From: Basidiobolus meristosporus CBS 931.73
Lineage: Eukaryota; Fungi; Basidiobolomycota
Assembly (NCBI GenBank): GCA_002104905.1
Contig: MCFE01000553.1
Location: forward strand, 1-59,103
DNA: 59,103 nucleotides
Reading direction: 5' to 3'
Made by a program: the position numbers and the translations under genes. Below the pieces are notes generated by a model, which saw nothing but the letters and a program-made list of their open reading frames with translations, was not told the DNA's origin and did no database searches. Below are positions 28,801 to 42,099 of the stretch, one piece after another (the first letter of the stretch is position 1; each line of letters starts with the position of its first letter).

Positions 28801-29132
28801 TGTTGTAAGAGTCTTGGAGATATTGGAAGTGATTGGGAGGACAAGTAGATTATGTGGTTTTCACTTAATGATTTATTGAATGTAAAAGTAGTATTTATAC
28901 TTTTACATGGTCTTGGCATTACAAACACATAGAATAGGTTAAGAAAGGTCCCAAGAACATGTATGCAAAGTTTGGGGATGTTTGGACAACCTATCTAATT
29001 TTCATGTTCTGGGTTAATATTCTAAGTAAATCCCAACAAGGAATTTGGTCAGTATTCTCTAGGATTGGAAGGTAATGATTTAAGTGACAAAGTTAGGTGA
29101 ATATTTAGGTGGAATTCCGAGTTTTTATAGCA
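28801..29132 (-). repeat. Family-1 LTR, 5' LTR of element A
   Basis: Followed by PBS and gag. Shares the 17-bp deletion (ACCTGGTATTTTGGTGA) with the 24365 copy. Confidence 0.92.
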
Positions 29133-29148
29133 TTTTCAGCGTGCCTTT

Positions 29149-29267
29149 TGCCAAGACTATGTAAAAGTATAAGTATTACTTTTATATTCATTGAATCATT
29201 GATGTGAGAACCACATTATCAATTTGCGCTTCCAATCACTTCCAATATCTTCAAAACTCTTACAATA
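29149..29267 (+). repeat. Partial family-1 LTR (3' third), diverged
   Basis: TGCCAAGACTATGTAAAAGTATAAGTATTACTTTTAT...CCAATCACTTCCAATATCTTCAAAACTCTTACAATA matches the LTR 3' end. Confidence 0.8.
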
Positions 29268-32200
29268 TCTAAATCTAAATACTGAGAAATGAGTAATTCT
29301 CAACTTGTTGGACTGTGTTACCAGGTAGATTGTGAAGTCAGCAAAACAACCATGAAGCAACGGGGGTATTTAGAGGATGCAAAGTCATTACTGGGCTGAG
29401 TGCCGACAAAGTATACATGCCTTTGGTAGGGGTTCATAAAGGTGACTATTTAGAATGACTCAGTTTTCTCAAGATCCCCACAATTCTAAAGAATTAGCAA
29501 TCCACTACAATGAAGATATTCCAGCTCTACTGCTACCACTGAATGTGAGATCTTCCCATATGGAGCTCAGTCTCTTGGCATTTACTTTTGGGATTTTTGA
29601 GTAGTTGCATTCAACCATTATGAGCAGTGTCATTTGACACGATTAGGAACTATCCAAGAGAATAAGTCTCGAAACCTCTAAAATCAATTCTTCAGCATCT
29701 ACAGTGCGTAGTGCCAGTTTAAGGGATCTTTAGAAGACAGACATTGATCTTCGCATAACGTCGACAACGTCTACCTTTTTCATAGTTTTATGGCCATGGA
29801 GAGCCACCAGAATTATGTTGTGCAATTAATCTCCACTTATTAAACGTAACCTAACATGCAACCATATCATATGAATGAATAAGCGGAAAACTAAGCGGTC
29901 GCAGCGTATATTGGGTAAAGATATTTGGTCGACCAACGTATAACCAAGGAATGTAATGTCCCTCAACAGCCCTAGTTACAGTTTTCTGCCAGGATTTATT
30001 GACAAAACAAACCACATCCCCAAACAACTTGGGGTGTCGATCCTTCCATCATACAATGCAGAAAGTCATGGCCAACATGCCAAGTGTGGTCCATCATTAG
30101 GGAATATCGAATACAACAATGAGGAGTCCCTAGTGATTAGGATACGGTATAAAATCATCCAGTTTAAGGTGACCCAGTTGGTAAGGGATATGTCTTTCAC
30201 TTCGATTATGGACACGCATTGCATATACATACTCTGCTTTTCATGATAGATGCAGTGCGTACAAGAACCTTGCTGACCCTTGGATGCCACCCATATTAGA
30301 AGCGGGATCCAGATCCGCGGTCTCAATATTCAGTATGTTTGAGACAACTCAACCAGTTTGTTCAACCTAAGCTCAATCGCTGTCTGCAGCCAATCTCACA
30401 ACGTGGGTATAGAAAGGCCCGTCAACATCATCCCGCTACTCAATCACGAATAGGCAACTCCATACGCCTGGGATGGCTGGATTTTCAACGCTATTTGTGA
30501 ATAAAGACCAAGTTGTAATAGGATACTTCACTTGGCGAGAATGAGACATCGTACCAATCCAATCTTCCATAAGAACATCCAATTTACACGGATCTTGGCG
30601 CCCGTATATTTAGACAGAATGTTGAATCCCAACCGACTGACGTAATGGTCTGTAAGCCTTGGCTTCGTACTTCCTTGTGTCCCAATTTACCTCTATGTAT
30701 CCGAGCAGAGTTTTTCAGCCACGGCTGGACTCAAAAGACGCATCCACTCCACAACAGAGCGCATCAGGCAAGCAAATGACTCTCGACAAATCCGGCACCA
30801 TTACGTAACAGCCGGTAGTCAAGTGTTGAGCCTTGCTTCTTGCCCTCGGAGGTTAAATTCAAACGGAGCATATATTAAACATCGTGCAGACGAGGGATTT
30901 TAGGTTAATAGATTAGGCTGACCTCCATACCTGTAATGTGATGGATCAAGGTTTTAACTGCTTTGCAGCCTCAGCCAGGTCATATGCCACCCACAATGTT
31001 CGCCAAACAGGAAATCCTTGGAAGCTCAACAACCATGGGTATCAGAAGTGCGCCAGGCACCCAATTCCCGTAATAGTTCCAGTTCCCGTTTATAACGTCA
31101 TCAGCGTCACTGATTGTAAATCCCCTACACAGGTAGTAGCCGAGAGCGCCCTGCAACTAACACTAGAGATATCGAGTATGAGACAGCAATATGCTGCACT
31201 TGGCTCGAGGATAGATCACCCAAGACATACGTGTGGGCTCCCAGTGTCGAGGAGGTCGATTCCAACCTGATAACATCCTGTTTGGGTCTGATACCAATTA
31301 TCAGAGCTATCACGAACTCCCTCATGTACCTGGTGGTGTATGTACAGTCCCGTGCTGCTTCAAGTCGAGTACCTTTGGTATGACCCTTGCCCAATCTCAT
31401 CAACTCTGTACTTATTAGGTGAGCCATGGAAGCAACAATCATGAAACTCCTCAGTGTATGCTGGATATGTCGGAATCCGATGGCAATAAATGCACAGCAC
31501 AATATGTCTCCACAAAGGGCATCCGTGTGGACAACCTCATACCTACCGCCCCTTGATTAATTTGTCTGAGCCTGTATCACGGCCGTTTTCACAGCATCAC
31601 CCATGGCGCTTGCTCACCACTCCTCTAATCCAACTTGGCATGAGCGCTATATCTTGTCATCTAAATTACCAATTGGTGGTAGCTGGCTTTCTTTGATACA
31701 TTTACCAGGTACAGACACCGGAACCATGGCCAATCTCACTGAGCTCTTTGATAAGAAATAGCCCAGGCTTATCGATTTCCCTGGATCGAGGCTGCAGTTG
31801 TATTACGAATCAATGTTGAATATGGCGAATGTCCGCTTACTCTGATGGCCAAATTTAGCCCGACTCAGCTGCAAAATGGCGCCCTCGCAGCTCGAAATCA
31901 TCGAAATTCAGATGCTTTTCAAATCAACGGAATTTCATCCGAATACAGAGGCACCGAACCCACCTCTATCCCAATGGGCTAATGATGCGACAACAGTGAG
32001 CCTTTGACTCAAACGGACTGAGCCTCCAGATCATGGTTTCCCAGCCTCCTCGAAACTTTGGGTGGTTTCATCGCTGGGGCAGGTGCGCTGGTGAGTAAAC
32101 TCGATCCACAAAGGGGCCAGGGGTGTTAGCCACCATCCATGCGAACAGAGATCACCCGTACACACAGCCGTACAATGGCCCTGTAAATTCCATCATGCAA

Positions 32201-34086
32201 AGGCTTTAGCTCGGAACTCGATCCTATTTAGGGAAAACATTGAACCGACCAGCATTCGCATTCATTTCAAGGCCAGCACTATATCCGGCAGCTGCTATAA
32301 TCGGCCATGACTCTCAATGGTTCAGTGAGGATTTAGGTACTGCCATGTCCAAACAGTGTGACTCAGAGCTGACACCAAAGAGATGCTGATCGTAGGCACT
32401 ACAGGTACGGATACCGCCACTCCGCTTCGCCCTTCGCCTCTCGCCAATCGGCCATCTGGGGAATTGCCATTATAGTGGTGGGGCAAGCTCAGACATCATT
32501 AGCCTCATTGATGCATGGCCAAATGGGCCTCTGTTGTTTTCCATGATTGCATATATGACGATACTCCTGGTATTCGCATCTTAATCCCAACTCGACTGAT
32601 CAGAGCCACTGGACCTCAACCGCTCTGTCACTGGATTCGCCAGACCGCCAGATCCAAGCTCCATTAAGGTTGGGGGATCGAATGGGCTGAGATCTAGATC
32701 ACGAGTGATCCTTATACATGGGATCCCCACTCCCGATAATGTAAGACTCCAACCACGGGCCCATTCGACACAGCTTCCTTCCATGACTTCCACATCTCCG
32801 TGTAGAACTGATGGCTACTATTTGGGATCCTACGATTCCCGAAATCATCCATATTGCCTGAGGAATATATTGGGCAACTGAGCACCCACTTTGCCCGATA
32901 GCGTGATCCCACCGATAACGAATCATATTCCCACCATTTTCGCGTGATGGCCATGGATTTCCTGCTGCTGTCAACTTCCTAACCCCACTGGATAACCGTT
33001 TATCCTTAATTCGGCCGGCCACCACTCATGTAGATCCATATATATGGAAGTCCAGGTGCGAATTGGCGTTGCCCATGATTTTCAGCTTAAAACAGCCGGC
33101 GGACAAATCTGGTATTTCCACTGATTTGCCATTCGACGTAAATCTTCCCCCATGACGAAATCCATCCACCATCGCGTTTGACATGACCCCGATGCGTCAC
33201 ACCAGGGGATTAAGACCAAGAGCTCGCGGTGTCGCCCATGGCAGGGCGTAGACACGGCTCATGCTCTAACCATAAAGATGTTCGCCCAAGTGTGTCAGCT
33301 CATGATTCCGGTTAGAAACCTAAACCCATTTGGAGGCTTCAGGATAGGCTACCCTCTGATTGCGTCGCAAGAATCCAATCATCGGCGAGCTCGACGATGG
33401 AAGCAGGCTTCACCCATCCAGGGAACGAGTTTCTAGACGCTGAGATGCCAAACAAAGGCATGGATGGGGAATTGGATTGATTTTGTCCATCTGCGGTTCG
33501 ATGGTAGAGACATCATTTCTACTCGGGATACTTAGGGCGGATTCATTGTGGGACGTCTTTATTTGTTCATGAGAAATGATTCCTAGACTCTGGCCGATCT
33601 AGGGATCCTAGTCAGATAAGATACATCTAATTCGATGCTCGTTTTTCCTTCACGGAGAATTCGCTCCCTTGAAATTCCCTAGTATATTTCTACATGTACA
33701 TTTGGGCGATCACTAGCCTCGACGGGTGGATGCGTGTTCTTCCTTTTGCTGCTTGTGTCGGAGCAGGTTCTCATTAGCTCGAGTCTTTCTCCCAACCCCA
33801 CGAATGCGTAGAACTGTCGTAGCTGGGATGCTTTATGCGGCAACCGTGTTTTCTATAGAACATCTATATCGCGGGGGTTTATTAGTTTGGCTACTCTCCC
33901 GAATAATATACAGTGGGGAACGGACGAAAGAGGTCAAGTGATGTTTAGTTGTTACTACGTTCGGTTCGCTCCACTATAATGCTAGTAAACATTCTTCTCG
34001 GTTCGAATGGTTGTGCATTGCATATAGAAGATAAAATTGATATTAACAGTAATTACAATGATTAGAGGAGGCTGTCGATGGTTGGT

Positions 34087-35155
34087 TTACGCCAGGCTGG
34101 ATTTTGGTGGGAAATCCTCGGGAAGAGTCATGCACGGCATGCTTGTAAGCGAGGGATCCATATAGGCTGCTCCATTGGGAACAGAGGCATCCTCTACACT
34201 GCTCACGTTGGGAACGGATATTGTGGTCGCTAGGGACGATGTAAAGAACCCGTCCATATTAGCGGGCAGGAAACATGTGTTGCTTCCGTCGTGAAGATAC
34301 ATAGGCTGGTTGAGAATGTCCAGGTCAACCGGCTGAAAAGCCTCCCCTTGCAAGCTATACCCCGCAGAGCTGATCATAAATGGCTCCAAGGCAATGTGTG
34401 CCATAGTGTTGAGGTCGGGGGTAAGCTCCGGCGCCATGTTGAAGTCGTAGCACCCGGAGTTATTGCTGCTTGGTGGTGTAGGCTCTGTGGAATGTGGTGA
34501 ATCGTGCTCACAATCGTCGTCGGTGCTGACCATCTCAGGATCGTCGTCAGATCGCAACTCCATTTTCGCACTACAATCATCATCATGGGTATTGGAATAA
34601 GAGTTCCCTGGGCCTGAGCAGCATTCGTCTACAATATCCACGATAGGTGGTAGCGGGGTGTAGTCGGGCTTAGGTGGTAGGGGGGGAAGGCCCACCTGTG
34701 CCCTTAGCGCATTAAGCTCTTCCCGGAGATTTTTGTTTTCCGAGCGAAGGTTGTCAAACTCACGAACGTATATTCGGGCATTGGATTTGGCCTTTTGAAC
34801 GAAATCTAAGGATTTTTGGACAATGATAGATTTCGAGGGTTTGCGAACACGATGAAGTGAGGGAATAGCCCAGGCGAGTTCCTGGAACTTGTTGTTCAAG
34901 GACTCACGACGTGCACGCTCCACCGCATTATGGTTGGCGCGCTTCTGGGCGGAGTTGATGAACTTTTTGGCCGAACTTCCGTCTAAACGATGGAATGCTG
35001 GTTAGGGGGGCGGGTGATTGAAATGGTTACACAGCTCAAAGCTTACTGGAGGATATCTGAAAAGTGAAGCTTGCGCCTCCGGCATGTCTCTTGGAGGTTG
35101 ATGGAGCAACAGCTGGAAATTGAAGAACACCGGTATTAGCTGCTTCCATTTTCAT
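34087..35155 (-). CDS. bHLH-leucine zipper transcription factor (Max/Mlx-like), 2 exons
   Basis: Exons 35155-35047 and 34982-34087 in phase. KRANHNAVERARRESLNNKFQELAWAIP...KPSKSIIVQKSLDFV, then a zipper LRSENKNLREELNALRAQV. Confidence 0.88.
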
Positions 35156-38100
35156 CGGAGAAACGTATTTGCTACCAAGATGAGACGAAATGATCAACAA
35201 CTTGTGAAGGGGAAACTAGCCAGGGGATATAGGAGGGATTCAAAGTTTATGTAATACAAATCGATTTGATTAGGTTTGAGTAAAGCAACAACTGGGTTGC
35301 GCCACCGGAAATAATGTGGTGATATGGGAATATGACAAGTGTAGTAAAATAGAATGAACGAGGATGGGTGAGCGCTCGCGCTATTTTATAGTCAAGCTGA
35401 ATCCAGTATCTATTGGGAAACGCTAGAAATCAGGACAACCATCCCATTCATCACGTCTATTGGCTCCAATGAAATATCTGCGGTTGATTTCAATCAGGTT
35501 TGCTTTGAGTGGTGGAAAAAAGCCCTCCTCAATGGAGGTGGTTGAAAAGAGCATGGGTTTTGATTGGCCTCAAGTGACTACCAGTAATCTTGCGCGCCAA
35601 GTAACTGCCTTTGTGAGACAATTGAGGTAACTACTACAAAATATTTGATTGAGAATTAGGATAAATGGTTGCCTCTGAAATGGATATATGCACCAATTCG
35701 TTTAGGATCGGGAATCCCTATCTTATTAACCCTCTTCGTTCTTAAATTACTCTAGAGCGGCAGTATAAACAAAGCTGCATCGTAATGTGTAGAGGCAGGT
35801 AGGAAGATGCAGCAGCCATGTGCTTGAGAGATGAGCCAGGAATAGATGTATTGATACAGGCAGTTGTAGAGTACTTCTCCCCACGGAGGTGCAATCTCCC
35901 GGGGGTCTCTGCACCGATGTCAACGAGACGCCGCCTTGTTACGACCTTGGGATGCGCAAAATCTAAAAGCGCCGCCGCCAAGGCACAGCCCTCTCTATGT
36001 TGAACCCATGGAGGGATTTACATTGGTTTTCCATTGCCAATCCATGAGGTGGGTTGGACTGGCCATCAGGTTTCCATCACATCACATATATGCTCTTTGG
36101 GCTTTCCAAATGCTTCAGCGACAGATGAGTTTGGAATTGTCAGCATTTGTCATCCCCGAGGCTCATGTGACCGGTGGTAGCGGTATATTAAGTTCAATAA
36201 TGCAATAACCTACAACCAGACACCACTCTCGGTTCTAGAATTCGATTGAGGCAATCTCGATGATCACACAGTGTCACCGCAACATTCCGGTTACAAAGAA
36301 GTCAAAAGTTTGTATAACTTCGTGGCTTAAATTTAAGGTAACAAGATCTCCCAATTTTATGGGTGAACTAGTTCGAAAAGGACAAAAAGTCGAATGGGAA
36401 TGTGCTACAAATAGGTGTGAGTTGGGTTACAATGTTCCCTTAAACGATGACAGGGTCCACAGCAAGGAGCGGCGCTGGTGTGGTAACCTATGCTCGTCTT
36501 GCGTATTGAAAAGAGGCGACGACCGTAGCCAGAGTTGAATCGCCACATCCGGATGCGAGTACGTCGCAATGATGATTCATTCCTCTTATGCGGGGAAATG
36601 TGGCAAAGAAGAGTGGCATATTCCCCCTTTCCTATGGTGGTGCCAGATGGATCGTAATCATCGTGGTGCCAGCCATTGGATTTTCATGCACTATTGAGAT
36701 ACTCCATGTTTTGAGTTTGCTAGCGATCAGCCGATAAGTGTGCTCGCAGCCTCACCTGCGGTCTTGCAGTCGTCATAGAGTATTTGAACTGCATCAGGGA
36801 ATGGAGGATGGCATGGATGGCATGGATGTCACGATCCCATGTTCACACGCCAAGATCAGATCCTGGAAATATTTTACCCATCACCACTGGAACGTCATTA
36901 GCGAAGACCATATATACCCAAAACAATAGGGTATTTGCCCCTTGAGTCAGTGTTTTGAAAACAATATCCATACTGTCGGATAGGTGCCATGAATACCTGG
37001 TTACATCACAGGATATTCAGTTACGAGGGCTTTCCTGAATGATGATTTGATCTGATGGAGCAAGCCTGACAATGGTCCACTGGCACTGGTGGCACTTGAA
37101 ATTCAGCCCATTTACGGGTATCCAGATACCTAAACCATGCTGACAAAAATTGCAGCAGGCGAGCCTTACATGGGTTGCCAGTCAGGTCTTGGCTGCTCCT
37201 ACGAATGTGATCATGCCTACGTGAGGGCAGCATATCTAGGCTGCGGACACTTCCATGCTCAATTGCTGATAAGATACTACGCACTTCATTTCACAAGAAT
37301 GTATCAAGTGTGTCTCAGACCTTGCTATAGATAGCACCAATTGGTATTCCAAAAAAGTCAACTAATCACATGTACGGTGTCGATAAGCATGATGATCAAT
37401 AGCCAACAGACGATTAATTCGCTTTAGTCGAGTGCACGTTGATTTTGTGTCAGATCCCCTCCGATCGCCCTTTTCTTCATTGCTGAAATGGAAATATTAA
37501 CCAGCAGCTGGCTCTGAGGCTGCCTGGATACTAGCTTGATACTGGAATAGGGCATGCAAGGTTGGGTTAGTGTACACCTTGGGTTGTTATCTATCTGGAG
37601 AATCCTCATCTCTCGGGTCTTGATTATGTTTGACAATGCTGACTAGCATGGCATCCTGTCCAATATATCTCGGTTGGGGCGAATAATTATGGCAGTGGTT
37701 TGTGAAAGATTACACAGGTGATTTGGTATTTAGTATTGTCCAGAAGATTCCAATTTACTAGAGCTCATTTCCCCCATGTCTAATTTGACTCGGCAATGCA
37801 TACAAAAAAATTCGAAAAATTCCAAGGCTCCTGGCCAGCTGCAACTTGATCTGATTTTTATATCACTAGATATCTGGGCCTTTTATTTAATTTAGTGCTG
37901 TGAAATGGGCATCTATGATCAATCATTGACCTTACAAAGTTTTGGCAAACTAATTGCGTGTTAGTCATCCCAGTTGATAGCATCTATACAGATCAAGCTT
38001 TCTAGAGTGGGCCATACTAGATGAGTGTATGTGAGGCTTACCAAATATGATCAGCTCCATAGTGTTGCATTTTTATTCAGTACTTCTCTTCACCTCTGCG

Positions 38101-39268
38101 TTCAGTTAATTTTTTTTTGATTCCAGCGATCCCACAGCGTAACCTAAGATGCTGCTTGAACTTCAATCTCACTATCATAAAGATCCCATGAAATAAGTGG
38201 AGTTACGATGTTGAAGGTACTTGCAAAAGGTATTATGTGCGGTCATAAAGCAGTGTGCGAAGTTCGAAGGTGTTGGTAAACTTTGACAATAATTGAAATC
38301 TGAAGAATTAGGCTTTACTGAGCACTGCCACAACACTAATGAGTTGCTATGGATGCTACGTTTTATTATACCAAATACACCACATGTTTGCCCAGTAGTT
38401 TTGAATCTAAAGATATCATCTGGAAGCTTCATGGCATTTCTACTGACCTCTTCTGATTTGTTAAGGCAAACAGGTAAAGTCTGACTTTTGTATTTCACGC
38501 ATTAAATAATCAGGCTCTGCAATCAGTTTGTTACATGAAGCTAGTTAAGCACTCAAGTCATGCATTGTGTTACATTACTTGTCTTATGCCTAAAGTTCTT
38601 AATATCATTATATAATTTGAGAGTAGAGTTTCTTACTGCGACTATTCCCATATATTTGTGGAAGTCCTGAAAATTACCTTAGGTTTCAAATTGGCTGTTG
38701 CTCCTCTTTCCTCAGGTTTTTGATTACAGTTATTAAGTCCTACTCCAAGTATCCATACTTCAGCTCAATAAACCAACAAATGCCATCCCCATCATTTGTA
38801 ATTCTAAATCGCTTTCAGATTCTGTGCAGTCCGATGCTTACTTCAAAAGTAGTTAATTATATATCAAGGAGGATAATCTCTATGGAGGCTTGTGAGTATG
38901 CATAGATGTCAAAATAGTCTACTTGTTCTTCATTACAGATAAAAGAGCCCTTACAAACGTGTTACCTGACGTACCAAGAGACTGTTTCACGATGTAAGAA
39001 CGCTATGAAACACTGGTTCGATTATTAGCCTGACATTTGCACTGATGGTGGGTGTCCACCATAATGGATTGGCAATAATAGTGCCATGACCAGGGAAAAC
39101 TAGAATCAATAGATGTAATTGGTATTGCTGGCGAGAAAGGGACGTCAGGTATGACCCCATTTGCTTCACTCATGACATTCATGACTGGAAAAATCGATTT
39201 ATCAATGTCATAAATTCAGTGGATTATGTTGCTACACTGAATCCTTTAAACTCCAGAGGTGAGATATC

Positions 39269-41896
39269 ATGGATTCGTTCGCGTTACCAGCACCGAAGCA
39301 AAAATCTGTCAAGTCGAATGAGTCGGAGCCCCCGATTTCCGAGAAGAAAAGTGCAGAATTTAAAGTTCCCGCTGCTTTAACTCCAAGTAATTTTTAGTCA
39401 CCTCAAGGGTTTGAATCAAGCTCGTTTGGAATGTTCTAATGTATAACTTATCACCAAGGCGAGGCTTCAACAGATAGTTCCTCTAGCGACAGCGCGCCAA
39501 CCATACCCCCACTCAACTATCAGAAACCAGATTGGAGTGGTCTACCTACTCGAAGCTATCATTTCGATGTAATCAAAGGCGGACTCCTTATCGAAACTTT
39601 CGAAGTAACCACCGAAAAAGAGTTTATAGTCGTAGGTCAGTTTCATGCCACCACTACAGCGAAACCTGATCCAATTTCTAAATCGCAACATGTTAGGACG
39701 TTTGCCGTTTTGTGACGTATCGTTAGAGCATCCAGTAAGGATACGCTTTTCTTCGTGAAAAGATATATGGCTAATTAGCTTATCGTCTTTTAGTCCGTCT
39801 CACGGTATCACGCAATCATACAATTCCAGAACAATGGTACTTTCTTTTCCGAAGCTGTATCAGAGATGTTCATTTTAACCCTCTCATTCTAGGGGAGATC
39901 TTCCTGTATGATTTGAAAAGCGCCCAAGGAACTCGAGTAAACAAGCAGTCATTACCGCCCAGAAAATACCATCGGATTCGAGTTGGTGATCAGATTCGGT
40001 TCGGTCAAAGTACGCGTCTGTTTGTTCTCCAAGGCCTGGAAGAGGATACGCTTGCCGAGTCGGAACACTTAATTCACGATGGAGAAATAAGCACAAACTC
40101 TGCCAACCGGTATGTTCTTCATCTTAAATGTCTATACATGAGCCCACACATTTACTCCGCCTTTTCTTCAGGGAGTTGCACGGTGGCGGTATCGAGGAAG
40201 AAGAAGTCTTTCCCTCCGATGACTCAAAGTATATCGAGGATGAGAATATCTTTTATCGCAAAGATCCTAAGAAGGCACTCAAGAATTTCCTCGAGGTTAG
40301 TCCATCTATTCTAGTGCCAGTGGCAAAGAGTGCGATTCTTATACGCATAACAGAATCAAGGGGAGGAGATGGAATTTGAAGTAGAGGAGGAAGGAACCGG
40401 CGAGGAGCGAATGTATTTAGTTAGGTAGTTACACCATTACGAGAATCCATTGCTTGTGGGATGACTAACCGCTTATTCTAGAGTAAAGCTCCCGTTATTT
40501 GAGACCGACACTTACGGTATTGGCCAAGACTCCAAAAGGAAGTAAGTGATTGCCATATGCCTGATGATGCTGATGTTGAAGATGTTGCTGAACAACCTCG
40601 AACCATCAGAGATGCAGAGAAATTGGCTGCCTTAGATGCATGCATCCGGTTAGATAGAATGGGCATACTCCGCAACAGCAACGAGTCTGAATTAGGTTGG
40701 GATATGCCGCGCGTCCAGCAAAGTCTAGCATAAGCTGACCAGTTGATTTCTAGCGAAGAGAAAAAACCACATGAAAGAGCTGTTGGGCGATGATGACAGC
40801 GACGACGACAGTTTCTTCGACAGGACGGGTGCAGGTATATACGTCGGTGTTTCTAACCTTTGAATGTGGAATGCCAATCCCTTTCACCTTTTAGCTGAGA
40901 AATCGAAGCAGAAGAAAGCCCAAAAGAAGAGCAGTGAAACTGTCCAGACATACGAGTCATTGTGTGAGAAGAAATCTGAACTACAGGCCAAGATTGACTC
41001 TCTCGCCAACAAGATATCGGAAGGCATTGTTCAGACTGGTAACTCTTGTTGATGGTTTATCCTCCTATCTGCTACTCATCCAAGCATTCTTAGAAAATCT
41101 TGCAAAAAAGGCCCAGGCAGAGGAGGATGATTTGGATGAATATATGGCCTCACTTGACCGGGATATCAAAGGCAGTAATATCAGTGTCCTAAAGAGGCAG
41201 CTTCAGGGCATGGAGATGGTAAGATATTTCCTGATCTCAATCGACACCCAGAAACCAGCTCACGTAGTTGTAGGAAATGCAAAAACTCGATAAATTGATA
41301 GAGATAACAAAGCCAACGGACATCTTTGCCTCTCTTTCGGCGAGCACGGACAAGTGAGACCAATCTGTATTAGTATTTGCCAAACTCAACGCTCACTCAC
41401 CACATCACTCGTATGTATCTAGAGCTGTACGCAACACGCAAGTAAGATGATCAGTCGGTCCTCATCCTATTGAAGGACTAACCCACCAATACAATTTCAG
41501 GGAAATGGACTAGACAAAGCACCCTATTCGGACATCACAGAGCTTAAACCAGCCGTCCAGGCGCCCACTGGTGCATCGGCCTCCAAACCAAGCATTCCAA
41601 AGAAGACTGATATTCAACCTTCAGAGCCAGCTTTCCCGGAGAGCGAGGGGGTCGAACTACCACCGCCGGATAAGGCCCCGGAGTCTGTTCAAAGCAAGCG
41701 GCCCAACTCTGACAACACTACGGTGCCATCAAAACGACGCCAGTTTGGCGTACCGACCAGAGAAGAATATGAAGCAAAAGACAAGGAAGCCGAAGTAGCG
41801 CAAGAGATTGAGGCTGAGGAAGATGTCACCTGGCAGCCTCCCGAGGGCCAGACAGGTGATGGAAAGACTGCACTAAATGCCAAATATGGCTACTAG
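39269..41896 (+). CDS. SLC4A1AP: Kanadaptin-like protein (FHA + dsRBD-like + coiled coil), many introns
   Basis: YQKPDWSG, FHA motifs GRLPFCDVSLEHP|SVSRYHAII and YDLKSAQGTRVNK...GDQIRFGQSTRLF, KDPKKALKNF, AEKLAALDACIRLD, DDDDSFFDRTG, and the hallmark C-terminus WQPPEGQTGDGKTALNAKYGY*. Confidence 0.88.
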
Positions 41897-42099
41897 CCAG
41901 CAGTAATGAGAAAAGCAGGTTTATTTGGAGTGAATGCTTGGATTAACAAGTTCACCGTACTTGCGGCATGCTTCAAGTTGGAAAAGAAGAGTAGTAAAAA
42001 GAACAGTTACGCAAAGAAAATAGAAGGCTTTGTAGTGCCTAGAATGTTTTGGTAGTGAATTAAACGAGGGAATTGCTAATCTATCGAGGGAATATTTGT

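Larger units (their letters stand above)
24365..29132 (-). mobile_element. Degenerate Ty1/copia LTR retrotransposon (element A), interior rearranged
   Basis: 5' LTR 29132-28801, PBS, gag (KLDGSNYQVWMVKMKMLLQERGLW; zinc knuckle CNYCKRKEHTSD*C near 28095-28052) and protease WYIDSGASQH near 27930. RT C-terminus/RNase H at 25584-24646 (SKYIQDILKKYQM, YQSMVGSLMY, KQPTVALSTKEAEY, KHIDIRHHF), PPT and 3' LTR 24634-24365. Integrase and RT N-terminus are missing; stops and frameshifts present. Confidence 0.9.

Noticed and set aside
38529-38727. TGTTACA...ATTACA AT-rich segment as a solo LTR
   Set aside because: Poor terminal repeat, no TSD and no second copy in the window.
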